64,000 nt of DNA from an uncultured delta proteobacterium (GTDB taxonomy: Bacteria > Desulfobacterota > Binatia > Binatales > Binataceae). The notes below the pieces were generated by a model. That model made no database searches. It worked only from the letters and a program-made list of their open reading frames with translations, and was not told the origin of the DNA. The stretch covers positions 384,001 through 448,000 of the forward strand of contig CAWEEQ010000004.1 of NCBI GenBank assembly GCA_963808235.1, written 5' to 3'. Shown in pieces: positions 19,004 through 29,735 of the stretch. Within the stretch, counting starts at the first letter, position 1; every line of letters begins with the position of its first letter. The position numbers and the translations under genes were made by a program.

Positions 19004-19370
19004 ATGAAACCATTCGTCGTCAATCGCGGGATTCGTTGCACTGATAGCACTATGCGCGCCGGCTGCTCGCGCACAGGATCCGGCGAAGACTGATCCCGCG
19101 CACTTCAAGGTCGAGCTCGACAACGACCGCGTCCGCGTCCTTCATGTCACGGTTGCCCCGAACAGCAAAGTCGATCTGCACGACCTCGACGATGCGGTCG
19201 TAGTACCGCTCGCCGACTACGAATCGACCCTGAAGAAGGATGGCCAAGCCACCAAGGTGGAGCGCGTCACCGGGAAAGCGGCGTGGGTTCCCGCGGGTGG
19301 CCGCGAAATCGAGGTCGGCGCGAAGGGCGTCGATGCGCTATTGATCGAGATCAAGCACGCGCCGAAGTAG
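19004..19370 (+). CDS. secreted cupin-like protein, +1 frameshift near 19022
   Basis: GGAGGA RBS; MKPFVV/IAGFVALIALCAPAARA-QDPAKTDPAHFKVELDNDRVRVL...AAWVP...IEIK. Confidence 0.7.
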
Positions 19371-20295
19371 CGGCACTGTCGAGGAATATCGCACCTTCGC
19401 CGACGATCACGCATCGTCCGCCGATGCGGATTCCGAATGCGCCGCCGTCTTTGCGCACAACCTCGACGTGAATTTCGCTCGGCCGTCCCATCTCGACGCC
19501 CTGGTTGATCAGGAACGAAGCCTCGGGCGCGGGGTTGATTAACCCATACGTGGCGGCGTACGCGCCGAACGGAGCTGCAGCGCTTCCGGTGGCGGGGTCT
19601 TCGGCGATGCCGTCGTGCGGCGCGAACATCCGCGAGCGAACCGAGAACTCGCCCGACTGGTTCGCGACAAACATGTATATGAGAGGCGCCCACGCGCCCG
19701 GCTCGAACAGAGCCGCGATTGGAGCCGCGCTGGGAGTGCATTTCGCGAGCGCGTCCAAATTGCGCAGCGGGACAAAAACGAACGGAAAACCCGTCGAGAC
19801 AATTTGGATCGGAAGATCGTCGCGAATGTCCGCGGCAGTGATTCCCAGCGCCTTCGCGATGCGCCCACGATCGCGCCGCTTCGCGCCGAACTCCGCCTCG
19901 CGATGCGCCATCCACACGAACTCCGGCTTCGCGTCGGCGCCTTCGATCGACATCGTTACAGGTCCGATTCCGAGCTCCAGAGTCGCCTCGGCCACGACGC
20001 GCTCCGACCTGAGCGGTATCTGTCCGTGACTCGCGAGCACCCAGGTGGTGCCGACTGTCGGATGCCCGGCCATCGGAACTTCGCGGGCGGGCGTGAAAAT
20101 CCTCACCCGGCGCACGACGCCCGGCACCTCGGACGCGGTCACGAATGTCGACTCGCTGAAATTCATCTCATGCGCGAGCGATTGCATCTCGGCGTCGCTG
20201 AGTCCGGCCGCGTCGCTGAAGACCGCGAGCTGGTTGCCGCCGAACGGCCGCGAGGTGAAGACATCGACGAGTGTGAATTTTGCCTGGCGTTGCAT
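19351..20295 (-). CDS. PhzF family isomerase
   Basis: VDVFT..PFGGNQLAV, NFSESTF, AGHPTVG, EDPATGSA, QGVEMGRPS. Confidence 0.9.
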   Translation of the reverse strand: MQRQAKFTLVDVFTSRPFGGNQLAVFSDAAGLSDAEMQSLAHEMNFSESTFVTASEVPGVVRRVRIFTPAREVPMAGHPTVGTTWVLASHGQIPLRSERVVAEATLELGIGPVTMSIEGADAKPEFVWMAHREAEFGAKRRDRGRIAKALGITAADIRDDLPIQIVSTGFPFVFVPLRNLDALAKCTPSAAPIAALFEPGAWAPLIYMFVANQSGEFSVRSRMFAPHDGIAEDPATGSAAAPFGAYAATYGLINPAPEASFLINQGVEMGRPSEIHVEVVRKDGGAFGIRIGGRCVIVGEGAIFLDSAATSARA

Positions 20296-20402
20296 CGCGC
20301 AAATTTATCTTCGCTCGACAGTCGAGCCAAGCCATTAGCGCGACAAATGAAAGCGGCGATCCGGAATCCGGACCGCCGCTCGATGCGTCAAGAAGTGTCC
20401 GC

Positions 20403-21638
20403 CTACTTGCCGACGATAAACACGCAGCTCGTGGTGCCGCTGCCGCCGATGTTCAGCATCGCAAACTTTTTCGCGTCGTCGACCTGGTAGTCGCCGGCGC
20501 TATTGGTTACCTGGCGATGGCAATCGAGCATCTGGCGCACTCCGGTCGCGCCGACCGGATGTCCGGCGCCGATCAGCCCGCCGCTCGGATTGATCGGCAG
20601 CTTGCCGCCGAGCTCGATTACGCCTTCCTCGACCGCCTTCCACGATTCGCCGGGCTTGGTGATTCCGAAGTGATCGATCGCCATGTATTCCGAAGTCGTG
20701 AAGCAGTCGTGCGTCTCGATTCCGGATAGCTCGGACGCCGACCCGATCTCGGCGCGCTTGAACGCGTCGACAATCGCCTGGCGCGTATGCGGGAGTACGT
20801 AAGTATTGTCCTTGCTCTCGGCAACCTTGGTCGCGAACTCGAGCGGCGCCGTATGATGCCCCCATCCGAGGATTCGTGGAATGTCGGCGAGCTTCTTGCC
20901 GTTGCGCTTGGCCCATGCGCTCGCAAATTTTTCCGAGGCGAGAAAGATCGCGACCGAGCCGTCGGTTACCTGCGAGCAATCGCTGACCTTGATCCGTCCG
21001 CCGATTATTCCATTGAACTTGCTCTCGCGCAGCGCGTGGCTCTCGCTCATGAACCAGTTGCGGGTCTGCGCGTTCGGATTGCGTTTCGCGTTCGAGTAGT
21101 TCACCGCCGAGATATGCGCGAGATGCTCATCCTTCAAGCCGTAGCGCTTGTCGTACTCGTCGCCGAGCCGGCCGAAAAGTTTCGGGAAGGGGAACTCGAT
21201 TCCCTTGGCCTCGCGCTCGTACCATGCCGCGGTGCCCAGATAATCGCCGCCGGTCGTTGAGTCCACGGTCTTCATCTGCTCGACGCCGACCACGCATGCG
21301 AGGTCGTAGCGAGCGGCTTCGATTTCCGCCGACGCCGCAATCAGCGCGATCGAGCCCGAGGCGCATGCGGCCTCATGCCGGCTGGTCGGAAGTCCCGAGA
21401 ACTCGGGATCGATCTCGATGAAGAACGCGCCGATATGGCCTTGCTTCGCGTAGAGCTCGGCGGCGAAGTTGCCGACGTGCGCGGTTTCGACTTCCTTCGG
21501 CTCGATACGCGTCGCTTCGAGCGCGCCCAGGGTCGCCTCGCGCATCATCGCGACGAAATGTTTGCCTTCTTTGGACCAGTTGCGGGCAAAGTCGGTCTGC
21601 GCTCCGCCCAGAATGTACACCGGCGCTGGCTTAGTCAT
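20403..21638 (-). CDS. thiolase (acetyl-CoA acetyltransferase, SCP2-thiolase type)
   Basis: EAACASG, ETHDCF, NPSGG..GHPVGATG. Confidence 0.9.
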   Translation of the reverse strand: MTKPAPVYILGGAQTDFARNWSKEGKHFVAMMREATLGALEATRIEPKEVETAHVGNFAAELYAKQGHIGAFFIEIDPEFSGLPTSRHEAACASGSIALIAASAEIEAARYDLACVVGVEQMKTVDSTTGGDYLGTAAWYEREAKGIEFPFPKLFGRLGDEYDKRYGLKDEHLAHISAVNYSNAKRNPNAQTRNWFMSESHALRESKFNGIIGGRIKVSDCSQVTDGSVAIFLASEKFASAWAKRNGKKLADIPRILGWGHHTAPLEFATKVAESKDNTYVLPHTRQAIVDAFKRAEIGSASELSGIETHDCFTTSEYMAIDHFGITKPGESWKAVEEGVIELGGKLPINPSGGLIGAGHPVGATGVRQMLDCHRQVTNSAGDYQVDDAKKFAMLNIGGSGTTSCVFIVGK

Positions 21639-21707
21639 CGTGCGTTCCTCATGTCGATCATAACCATTGATTTCATTTGATCAGAATATATTTTGCGATT
21701 CCAGCGC

Positions 21708-22995
21708 CTATCCTACAAAAGTTCGGCCGTATTTCAGTACGCCGCCCGAAAACATTTTAGCATTGCCCGACGCGGCTTGCTCGACGGTCGCGGGGACCGG
21801 CAATTTGAGTTTTTCCAGCATCGCCACCGTGTTTTTCGCGCCGAGCAGATCGACAATCGCGGTCGGCGGCGCCCAGTTGAAGCCATACGACATGATACTA
21901 GTCAACGTCGGCCGCACTCGCGGCGACCTCGCCGACCCGATTCAGCCCGTAGCTTACGTAACCGAGCACGACGCGCCGGCACAACTCTGCCTCGGCGCCC
22001 TTGGCATCGGCGAGAACTTTCAGAGCGTCGGCGTAACGGCCCACGTGATGCAGAAATTTCATTTTTTCGACAAACTCGATCGGCGCGGGTTTCTGGAACG
22101 CCTGGTGGCGTCCGGTCTTTGGATCGAGGACGGAAACCTCCGCGCCGTTGCGCAGGTAGAAACCGCCGCGCTCCGGAGTCTTGTCTCCGAGGCATCCATC
22201 TCTGAGCGCCTTCTCCATAAACGACGGCATTTTGAAGCAGTCGTGCGCCTCGTCTTCGCAGTTCGCATAGACATTGTCGACGATCGCCTTGTGCACGTCC
22301 CATCCGACCAGGTCGACGGTCTGCAGCGGCGGCATCGCGCGACCGGTATGAGGTCCGATCAGGTAGTCGATAAACGCGACTCCATGCTCGGCCGCGAGCT
22401 GCGCGGTTTCGTTAAGGACCTTGAAGCCGACTCGATTGCCGACGAACGCCGGCATGTCTTTAGTCACGATCACCTTGCGCCCGAGCCGCTTCGTGAGCAT
22501 CGTGACGACGCGGTCAAGCACGGCAGGATCGGTGTCAGGCCCCGGAATAACTTCGGTGCCGACGATCACATGAGGCGGATTGAAAAGATGGATGCCGAGA
22601 AAGTTGCGCCGGAACGATTCGCTTCGTCCGCGCGCCATCTCCGCGATCGAAAGGCCCGACGAGCCGGTCGCGACGATCGAATCGGGGCGCCGGCTCTTGT
22701 CAACCATCTCGAAGAACTGTTTCTTGAGCGGCAGATCTTCCGCCAGCGCCTCGAAGGTAAGCGCCGCCTCGCCGACCGTCCTGGCGAGATCGCCGTCGTA
22801 GCTGCCGAGCGCGATTCGCTCTCCGATTGCCTCCGCGCGCGCGTCGTTCTGCACGTCGACGAGGCCCGCCGCCGCCTTGTCGCGCGATCGTGCCAGCATC
22901 GTGACGCGATATCCCGCGCCGGCGAGAACGCATCCCGCACCTGAGCCCATCGTGCCATTGGCGCCGATAATTACGACCTTGTTATTCTCGCCCAA
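21708..22995 (-). CDS. 3-hydroxyacyl-CoA dehydrogenase family, +1 frameshift near 21900
   Basis: IIGANGTMGSG, EALAEDLPLK, GIHLFNPP; C-terminus SIMSYGFNWAPP continues in another frame. Confidence 0.85.
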
Positions 22996-23280
22996 CTAGT
23001 TCTCCGGTCTCCTTCAGAATTACGATTCAGTCAGCGGCTTCCGACGCGCGATTTTTAACCCGCGATTTATCCAGATGAAGCGCGGGCCATCAAGCAAAGA
23101 ATCTAATCATCAAGGCTGCTTTCGGCCACGCGACTGGCGGGCCGCAGGCCGCGGGAAATGTTAGCCGAGAGCCTTAAGGTATGCCACCGCCGCGAAGTAT
23201 CTTCCGCGCTAACACATTTGCTTATTCTGGCGCCTGCGAATCAGCTAGCGTTGAGCCCTACCGTGCGAGCGAGCTGACTT

Positions 23281-24186
23281 ATGAAACGTGATGTGAATCG
23301 CCGTTACTATGCGGGTCCTGCCGATCTGCGCGCGATGCAGGCGTTGGCGCAGTCGATTTGGAGCAAGCGGAGCCGCTTTCATGTGGGTGATCTGGCGTGG
23401 GGCCGCTTTCAGCATCAAGGACGCGAACCTGAATGGCCGACGACGCTCTGGGAAACCGACGGCTCGGTGCTCGCTTGGGGATGGGTGCAATTGCCGGACG
23501 CTCTCGATTTCATGGTCCATCCAACGCGTTCACAGCTTGCCGATGAGGTCCTGGATTGGTTTGGTAGAGTCGCCACTGGTGACCAGTTGAGTGTTACGGT
23601 GCTCGACGTGGAGACTCATCTGATCGACGCGCTGATTCGAAACGGTTATGCGGAGTCAGCCGGCGCTCCTTTTGATCTGTATATGGAACGCAACCTCGAC
23701 GGACTTCCGGAACCGCAGCTACCGGCAGGATTTACCGCTCGTCACGTTCGCGGAGATGCAGATCTGGCCCGCCGTGCCGAGGTTCACCGCGCGGCATGGA
23801 GCGCGACGCTGGTGCCTTCGCCGCGCCCGTCGCGAGTGACCGCAGCGAGCTATCGCAACGTGATGGTCGCATGGCCGTACGCGCCGGAACTGGACTGGAT
23901 AGTCGAAGCGCCAGGCGGCCAGTTCGCGGCCTGCTGTATAGCGTGGCTCGACGAAGCTAATCGCGTAGGCGAACTGGAACCGGTCGGCACTCATCCTGAG
24001 TATCGGCGTCTCGGCCTTGCCCGTGCCATCTGTCTATACGGGCTGCATGCACTCAGACGGCACGGCGCGAAAAACGCAGTCGTCTATCCGCGCGGTGACG
24101 ACGCTTATCCCGTTCCGGCGAAGGTATATGGGAGCCTGGGTTTTCGGCCGTACGCTCGAACGCTCAACTACAGTCGCTCACGCTAA
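23281..24186 (+). CDS. GNAT family N-acetyltransferase
   Basis: EPVGTHPEYRRLGLARA; YGSLGF. Confidence 0.85.
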   Translation: MKRDVNRRYYAGPADLRAMQALAQSIWSKRSRFHVGDLAWGRFQHQGREPEWPTTLWETDGSVLAWGWVQLPDALDFMVHPTRSQLADEVLDWFGRVATGDQLSVTVLDVETHLIDALIRNGYAESAGAPFDLYMERNLDGLPEPQLPAGFTARHVRGDADLARRAEVHRAAWSATLVPSPRPSRVTAASYRNVMVAWPYAPELDWIVEAPGGQFAACCIAWLDEANRVGELEPVGTHPEYRRLGLARAICLYGLHALRRHGAKNAVVYPRGDDAYPVPAKVYGSLGFRPYARTLNYSRSR

Positions 24187-24515
24187 CGCGCAAAAGCTGC
24201 GGCGAGGAATTCCTTGACGCCGGCGCGTCCGGTCATGCTGAGCCATACCGGGCCTGATCCCGGCGCGAGGTCGATTCTGAACTCGAAGAAGGGGCAACAC
24301 TTGCGCTCGAAGGAGATCCATTCGGCCAGTTGCGACAGCGCAATTCGACCAGTGTCGATTTGCGCCGCGAGGCCATTGGGCAGATCGCGCTTGCCGACGA
24401 TCGCGGCTCCTACCATGCGGCGAAGTTCGTTGTAGCGCGGGCGATCGTTCGCAGAGATCGCGGTAAGGTCGCAGGCCAGCGCCGATTCGGAAGTGCAGCA
24501 TTCATCGCTCGTCAT
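24183..24515 (-). CDS. small Cys-rich hypothetical protein (ACDL / ERKCCPFF)
   Basis: ORF with conserved-looking Cys motifs. Confidence 0.65.
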   Translation of the reverse strand: MTSDECCTSESALACDLTAISANDRPRYNELRRMVGAAIVGKRDLPNGLAAQIDTGRIALSQLAEWISFERKCCPFFEFRIDLAPGSGPVWLSMTGRAGVKEFLAAAFAR

Positions 24516-24524
24516 GAAAAATCC

Positions 24525-26048
24525 TCAAGGTTCATGCCATACTCGTCCCGCCGAACGAATCAACTGCTCGGCCGCCGGAGGACCCCAGCTTCCCGCGGGA
24601 TACTCGTCGAGCGGCACTCGCGCGCCATCGCTCCACGAATCCAGAATGCTCTGTACGAACTCCCACGACTTCTCGACGAACGGTGCGCTGATGAACAGCG
24701 TATGGTCGCCGTCAATCACGTCGAGCAGCAGCCGCTCGTAGCCATCGGGTGAGACGCCTCCGCCGAACGCGGCGTCATAGCTTAGATTCATCCGCACCGG
24801 CTGCAGCACCAGGTCCAGCCCCGGCCGCTTGGTCATCACGTCGAATGAAAATCCCTCGTCGGGCTGAATTCGAATCATAAGCGCGTTGGCGGGAACGGAC
24901 TGATTGCGGTTGAACAGGATCTGCGGCACGTCCTTGAACTGGACGTAAATCGCGCTCGCTCGCCGCGGCATCCGCTTGCCGGTGCGGATATAAAACGGCA
25001 CCCCCGACCATCGCCAGTTGTCGATGTAAGTCTTCAGCGCGACGAAAGTCTCGGTCCGCGAGTTGTCGGCGATACCCTGCTCGTCCATATAGCCGACGAC
25101 TTGCTTGCCGTCCGAGTCGGTTCCCGCCGCATACCTGGCGCGCACCGTATTCGCCCGCGCCTGGTCGGGCGTGATTGGCCGCAGCGCGCGCAGCACGTTG
25201 AGCTTGGATTCCCTGATTGCAGCCGCGTCGAGCGACACCGGCGGTTCCATCGCGAGCAGCGCGAGCACCTGCAGAACGTGATTCTGCACGATGTCGCGCA
25301 GCGCGCCGGCATGGTCGTAGAACAGCGCGCGCGTGCCGAGCCCTTCGGCCTCCGCCACCGTGATCTGCACGTGATCGACATTGCGGCTGCCCCACAGGCG
25401 CTCGAAGATGTTGTTCGAGAAGCGCAGCACCAGCAAATTCTGCACGGTCTCTTTGCCGAGATAATGGTCAATTCGAAAAATCTGCGATTCGGCCAGATAC
25501 TTGACCAGCTCGCGATTGATCTCGAGCGCGCTCGCCAGATCGTGGCCGATGGGCTTCTCGACGACGACCCGGGTGAAGTTCGCTGCGTCGGGCCGCGCGA
25601 TCAATCCCGCTTCGTGAAGGCGCTTGACGGAGTCGGTGATAGCTTCGGGCGGTATCGCGAGGTAGTAAACCCGATTGGGCGGAATGCCGCGCGCTTTTTC
25701 GATCGCTTCGAGTTTCGTCTTGAGCTTCTTGAATCCGTCGGGGTGATCGAGTCCCGACAAATAGTCGAGGCCTTCTGCAAACTTCGACCAGCACGCCTCC
25801 TCGACCTTCAAGCGCGAGTACTTCGCGGTCCAGTCGTGCGCACTCTTGCGGAACTCGTCGAGCGACATTTCGCGCCGCGCGAATCCCAGCACCGCGCTCT
25901 TCGCGGGCATCATGCCCTGTCCGCATGCGTTCAGGTTGTACAGCGCCGGGATCAGCTTGCGCTTGGCCAAGTCGCCGGACGCGCCGAATATCACGACGGT
26001 GCAAGGTGGGGCGGTTTGTGTATGCTGGATGGTGATCAGATTGTCCAT
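24525..26048 (-). CDS. zwf: glucose-6-phosphate 1-dehydrogenase
   Basis: GASGDLA, RIDHYLGKE, RWSGVPF; start ATG 26048. Confidence 0.97.
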   Translation of the reverse strand: MDNLITIQHTQTAPPCTVVIFGASGDLAKRKLIPALYNLNACGQGMMPAKSAVLGFARREMSLDEFRKSAHDWTAKYSRLKVEEACWSKFAEGLDYLSGLDHPDGFKKLKTKLEAIEKARGIPPNRVYYLAIPPEAITDSVKRLHEAGLIARPDAANFTRVVVEKPIGHDLASALEINRELVKYLAESQIFRIDHYLGKETVQNLLVLRFSNNIFERLWGSRNVDHVQITVAEAEGLGTRALFYDHAGALRDIVQNHVLQVLALLAMEPPVSLDAAAIRESKLNVLRALRPITPDQARANTVRARYAAGTDSDGKQVVGYMDEQGIADNSRTETFVALKTYIDNWRWSGVPFYIRTGKRMPRRASAIYVQFKDVPQILFNRNQSVPANALMIRIQPDEGFSFDVMTKRPGLDLVLQPVRMNLSYDAAFGGGVSPDGYERLLLDVIDGDHTLFISAPFVEKSWEFVQSILDSWSDGARVPLDEYPAGSWGPPAAEQLIRSAGRVWHEP

Positions 26049-26186
26049 GACGCGGCCTTCCTGTGGCTTGGCGGCTGCGAGCGATGCCGCTGGAATAGCG
26101 ATGCAATCATTGATAAGTGTGACACGTTCCCATCGCCATGAAAAAGCTCGTCTTGTCTCGATGATAAAAGCATTGGCCCGCGCATC

Positions 26187-26642
26187 ATGACGGCCGCAGT
26201 TCCTCGAATTCCGGCCGACGGCGACAGCGCTTCTCAGCAGGTGACGCTTCGCCAATGGATCCCCGTAATCGCATGGGGCGTGCTGATATTCTGTCTTTCG
26301 ACCTCCGCGTTTTCAGCCTCGAATACCGGGAAAATTATCGATCCCTTGCTTCGATGGTTGATTCCGGGAATTACCGCAGCGGCGATTGACGTCGGCCACA
26401 TGCTGATCCGCAAGAGCGCGCATTTTACCGAATACGGCGTGCTCTTCTGGCTGCTAATCCGCGGTCCGATGGCCGAGCGGCCATACATGGCGTTGATGCT
26501 ATGCGTTGCGTACGCGCTCACCGACGAGGGCCACCAGGTCTTTGTGCCCGGGCGCAGTGCTTCGCTATACGACGTCGCACTCGACTCGAGTGGCGCACTT
26601 TTCAGCCACTTCCTGATCTCGGCAATCACCGAAATCGTCTAA
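26187..26642 (+). CDS. VanZ family membrane protein
   Basis: IRKSAHFTEY, DEGHQVFVPGR. Confidence 0.85.
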   Translation: MTAAVPRIPADGDSASQQVTLRQWIPVIAWGVLIFCLSTSAFSASNTGKIIDPLLRWLIPGITAAAIDVGHMLIRKSAHFTEYGVLFWLLIRGPMAERPYMALMLCVAYALTDEGHQVFVPGRSASLYDVALDSSGALFSHFLISAITEIV

Positions 26643-27310
26643 GTCGGTTCCTCAATCGTCGAAGTGATCCGATCGACTCGATCGAAAAACGCGCGCAGAT
26701 TTTTCATCTCCGCGGGAATTTTCTGCTCGCCGGTGAATGCAAAGTAGAACAGCTGACCATAGAGCGCGAAATCCGCGAGCCCGATCCTGCCGGTCAGAAA
26801 CGGAAGATTCGCGAGCTGCTCCTCGAACGGCGCGAGCGCAGTCCGCGCGCGTTCCCAGTTGGCAGCGTGGTTGGCAATCGTGCGCTCGACGAAGCCCGCA
26901 CCGTACTTGCGCTCGCGGATAAGACGCCATAGCGCGGAGCGATCCGCACCTTGTTTTGCGTAGTGCGCGAGTTCGTCAGCGAGTGCAACTGCGTACACGG
27001 CGTCCTCGAGCTGGTTGTCTATATAGTCGGCCAGCGCGATGTGAACCCCGCGCCATCCAGCCGGAAATATAGTCGGCTCGGGAAAAAGTTCCTCGAGACG
27101 CATCGCGATCCGCGCCGAATCGACGATCGTCTCGCCGCTCTCGAGCGTAAGCGCCGGCACCATCATCTGCCCGGAGGCGAGCACCAGTTCCCTGCGCTCG
27201 AGGTAGTCGAGCTCCACGACTTCGAACTCGACGCCCTTGAACGCGAGCAGCTTGCGCACCTTCGCGCAGAACGGACTGCCGATAAACTGGTAGAGCTTCG
27301 CTGGCATCAA
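26639..27310 (-). CDS. glutathione S-transferase family protein
   Basis: SPFCAKVR, VPAL, DSARI, LADFALYG. Confidence 0.85.
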   Translation of the reverse strand: MMPAKLYQFIGSPFCAKVRKLLAFKGVEFEVVELDYLERRELVLASGQMMVPALTLESGETIVDSARIAMRLEELFPEPTIFPAGWRGVHIALADYIDNQLEDAVYAVALADELAHYAKQGADRSALWRLIRERKYGAGFVERTIANHAANWERARTALAPFEEQLANLPFLTGRIGLADFALYGQLFYFAFTGEQKIPAEMKNLRAFFDRVDRITSTIEEPT

Positions 27311-27996
27311 TGTCCTCGCAGGGCGTGAATTACGTCGTCAAGGTCCAGGTCGAGAATCGACGCGCGCACAACGTCGGCGGCCGCGAGATCGGAGGCTGAC
27401 GCGCTATGGCATAGCGCCAGCACCTTCATGCCTGCGCGATGCGCGCCCTCGATTCCTGCCGGCGTGTCCTCGATCACCAGGCATTCTTCGGCCAGGACCG
27501 GATCTCGTTGCCGCAGGATGAATCCGATTCGGCCCAGCGCCGCGATAAAGCCGTCGGGCCAAGGCTTCCCGCGCTCGACGTCTTCCGCCGCGATTATATC
27601 GAGAAACAGATCGCGCAATTTCGCGCCGCGAAGAATCGTTTCGGCCTCGGCGCGCAACGTGCCGGTCACGATCATCAAGGGGAATCGCTTCGCGCAATCG
27701 CGTGCAAACTTCTCCGCGCCCGGGTAAAGGACCTCGCGCTCCGCAACAATCGCTTGATAGACGGAGGTTTTGCGCTCGATCAAGTCGGCGATCAGCGCTT
27801 CGTCCGCGTCTTTGCGATTCTCCCATAGCACGGCCGCGAAACAATCGTGATCGTTGAATCCAATCAGGCGCGCATAGTAGTCGGCGCTCGCGATCTCGAT
27901 TCCTGAAGCGCCCAGGACCTTGTTGAAGGCCGCAAAATGAATCGGCTCCGTATCGACGAGCGTCCCGTCGAGATCGAATATGATGGCGCGAATCAT
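27307..27996 (-). CDS. HAD family phosphatase
   Basis: FDLDGTLVDT, GKPWPD, IEDTPAG. Confidence 0.9.
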   Translation of the reverse strand: MIRAIIFDLDGTLVDTEPIHFAAFNKVLGASGIEIASADYYARLIGFNDHDCFAAVLWENRKDADEALIADLIERKTSVYQAIVAEREVLYPGAEKFARDCAKRFPLMIVTGTLRAEAETILRGAKLRDLFLDIIAAEDVERGKPWPDGFIAALGRIGFILRQRDPVLAEECLVIEDTPAGIEGAHRAGMKVLALCHSASASDLAAADVVRASILDLDLDDVIHALRGH

Positions 27997-28035
27997 GTTC
28001 GGGCAAAATTTACGGTTAAGACTTACCGGCTCGGC

Positions 28036-29238
28036 TCAAGCTTTGGAAGCAGACGCGGCGAGGATCGCGAAAATCTCGCGCTGGCGCGGCTCGCCACTCA
28101 CCATCGCGCGTCCGTTTTCGATAGTCATGTCGAGTTCGCTGCGTACCCCGAATTTGTTGGGCTGATAAATTCCCGGCTCGACCGAGAAACAGGTGTTGTC
28201 GATAAGCCGCCTGTCGTCGAGCGTTTCCAGCGAGTCGAGATTGGCGCCTGCGCCATGCACTTCGCGGCCGATCGAGTGTCCTGTGCGATGCACAAACGCC
28301 TCGCCGAAGCCGGCCGCCTCGATTACGGCGCGCGCTGCGCGATCGGCCTCGCGGCCGCTGACCGGTTCGCGGGCTGCTACTCGCGACTCCACGAGATCCA
28401 CCGCGGCATCGCGCGCCTGCATCACAATTTTGAACACCTGCGCGTGCTCGTCGGGAATCTTGTCGCCAACGTACGCGACCCAGGTGAAGTCGGCATAGAT
28501 ACTGTCGGGGCCAGCTTCCTTGGCCCACAGATCGAGCAGGATAAAGTCGCCTCGACGAATCGCGCGGTCACGTTCGCGCGACGGCGCAAAGTGCGGATCG
28601 GCGCTGTGCTCATTGACCGCGACGATTGGCGGCGCGTAGGTGGTGAGTCCTTGCGCCGCAAATCTCGACATGACGAATTCCTGAACCGACACTTCGCTGA
28701 CCGGCCGCCCGCCCGATATCGATCGTCCGATTTCAGCAAATGTCGCGTCCACGATCGCGCGTAGCGCCTGCGCCGCGCGATGATGACTGGCCAGTTGCTC
28801 GCGCGTCAGCGCCGCCTCAAAGCGCTGAATCAGGTCGGCCGCCGAGACGATCTCGACGCCGGTCGCGCGCACCATCTCAATCGTGCCCGCATCGACGCGC
28901 GAAACGTACGGAATCGCGCACCCGGGCGAATAGTCCATCGCGATTCGCCGCGTTCCTTTGAGCGTGGTGCCGAGCGCGGCAAGCATCTCATCATGCGACC
29001 GATAGACGATCTTGTCTGCGCAGAGCGCGTCGAGCCGATGCGCCTCGACGGCCGAGACGATCGCAGTCGGCTTTCCTGTCGCCGGCACCAGGCAGAACCA
29101 TCGCCGCGTCGCGATACCGTTTTCGGGAAGCTCAAGGATTCTATACGCTAGCGGGTCGCTCATCCGGAAATCGTAGAAGAGCCATCCATCGAGACTCGCG
29201 CTGCGAAGCGCGCCTGAAATTTCCTCGAGTCGCGTCAC
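28036..29238 (-). CDS. Xaa-Pro aminopeptidase (M24 family)
   Basis: DPHF, YADFT, HRTGHSIG, EPGIY, GVRSE; GTGA overlap. Confidence 0.9.
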   Translation of the reverse strand: MTRLEEISGALRSASLDGWLFYDFRMSDPLAYRILELPENGIATRRWFCLVPATGKPTAIVSAVEAHRLDALCADKIVYRSHDEMLAALGTTLKGTRRIAMDYSPGCAIPYVSRVDAGTIEMVRATGVEIVSAADLIQRFEAALTREQLASHHRAAQALRAIVDATFAEIGRSISGGRPVSEVSVQEFVMSRFAAQGLTTYAPPIVAVNEHSADPHFAPSRERDRAIRRGDFILLDLWAKEAGPDSIYADFTWVAYVGDKIPDEHAQVFKIVMQARDAAVDLVESRVAAREPVSGREADRAARAVIEAAGFGEAFVHRTGHSIGREVHGAGANLDSLETLDDRRLIDNTCFSVEPGIYQPNKFGVRSELDMTIENGRAMVSGEPRQREIFAILAASASKA

Positions 29239-29735
29239 GCCGGCTTGAAGCGGTCGCCCCACACGTGAACATGATGCGGTTCGATTTTCACAATCGGATT
29301 CTGCTCCGGAGTGAACGTCATCCCGCGGTATTGCAGGTACTTTTCGCGGAGCGCGCGCAGCGCCACCATGTACTCCTGCGGGTCTTCGACCACTCGCGCG
29401 GTTCCACGAATTAGCACGTATGCGAGTTGCGCCCAGTCTTCTTCGTAGTGATCGATCACCACCGCCACGCGTGGATTCTCGGCGATATTGCGCATCCGCT
29501 TGAGCCGCATCCCGGTCTCGCGCTTGGGCTTCTCGTCAATCGCGAAATAGACGCGCTCGCCGTCGAACCAGTAACAGAGCGGAACGTTGTGCGGCGCGCC
29601 CGAGGCGTCGGCGGTTGCGAGCCGCGCAACTCGTTTGCCTGCGATAAACTCGCGCACGTGCGGATCGCTCAAGAGCGCGAGTTGCTTGTTCGACGCGGTG
29701 CCCTGTTCTTTCGAAGCGGATTCCTTGATGGACAT
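29235..29735 (-). CDS. PPOX-class (probably F420-dependent) oxidoreductase
   Basis: RVARLATAD..PHNVP, DEKPK, RNIAENP, DHYEEDW. Confidence 0.85.
   Translation of the reverse strand: MSIKESASKEQGTASNKQLALLSDPHVREFIAGKRVARLATADASGAPHNVPLCYWFDGERVYFAIDEKPKRETGMRLKRMRNIAENPRVAVVIDHYEEDWAQLAYVLIRGTARVVEDPQEYMVALRALREKYLQYRGMTFTPEQNPIVKIEPHHVHVWGDRFKPA

Noticed and set aside
21890-21905. TAG read-through (pyrrolysine) in the hydroxyacyl-CoA dehydrogenase
   Set aside because: The continuation is in a different frame; one extra T explains it as an indel.
23150-23260. attC-like GCTAAC...GTTGAGC pattern upstream of the GNAT gene
   Set aside because: Too short (about 50 nt), the R boxes are not complementary, and there is no integrase or second cassette.
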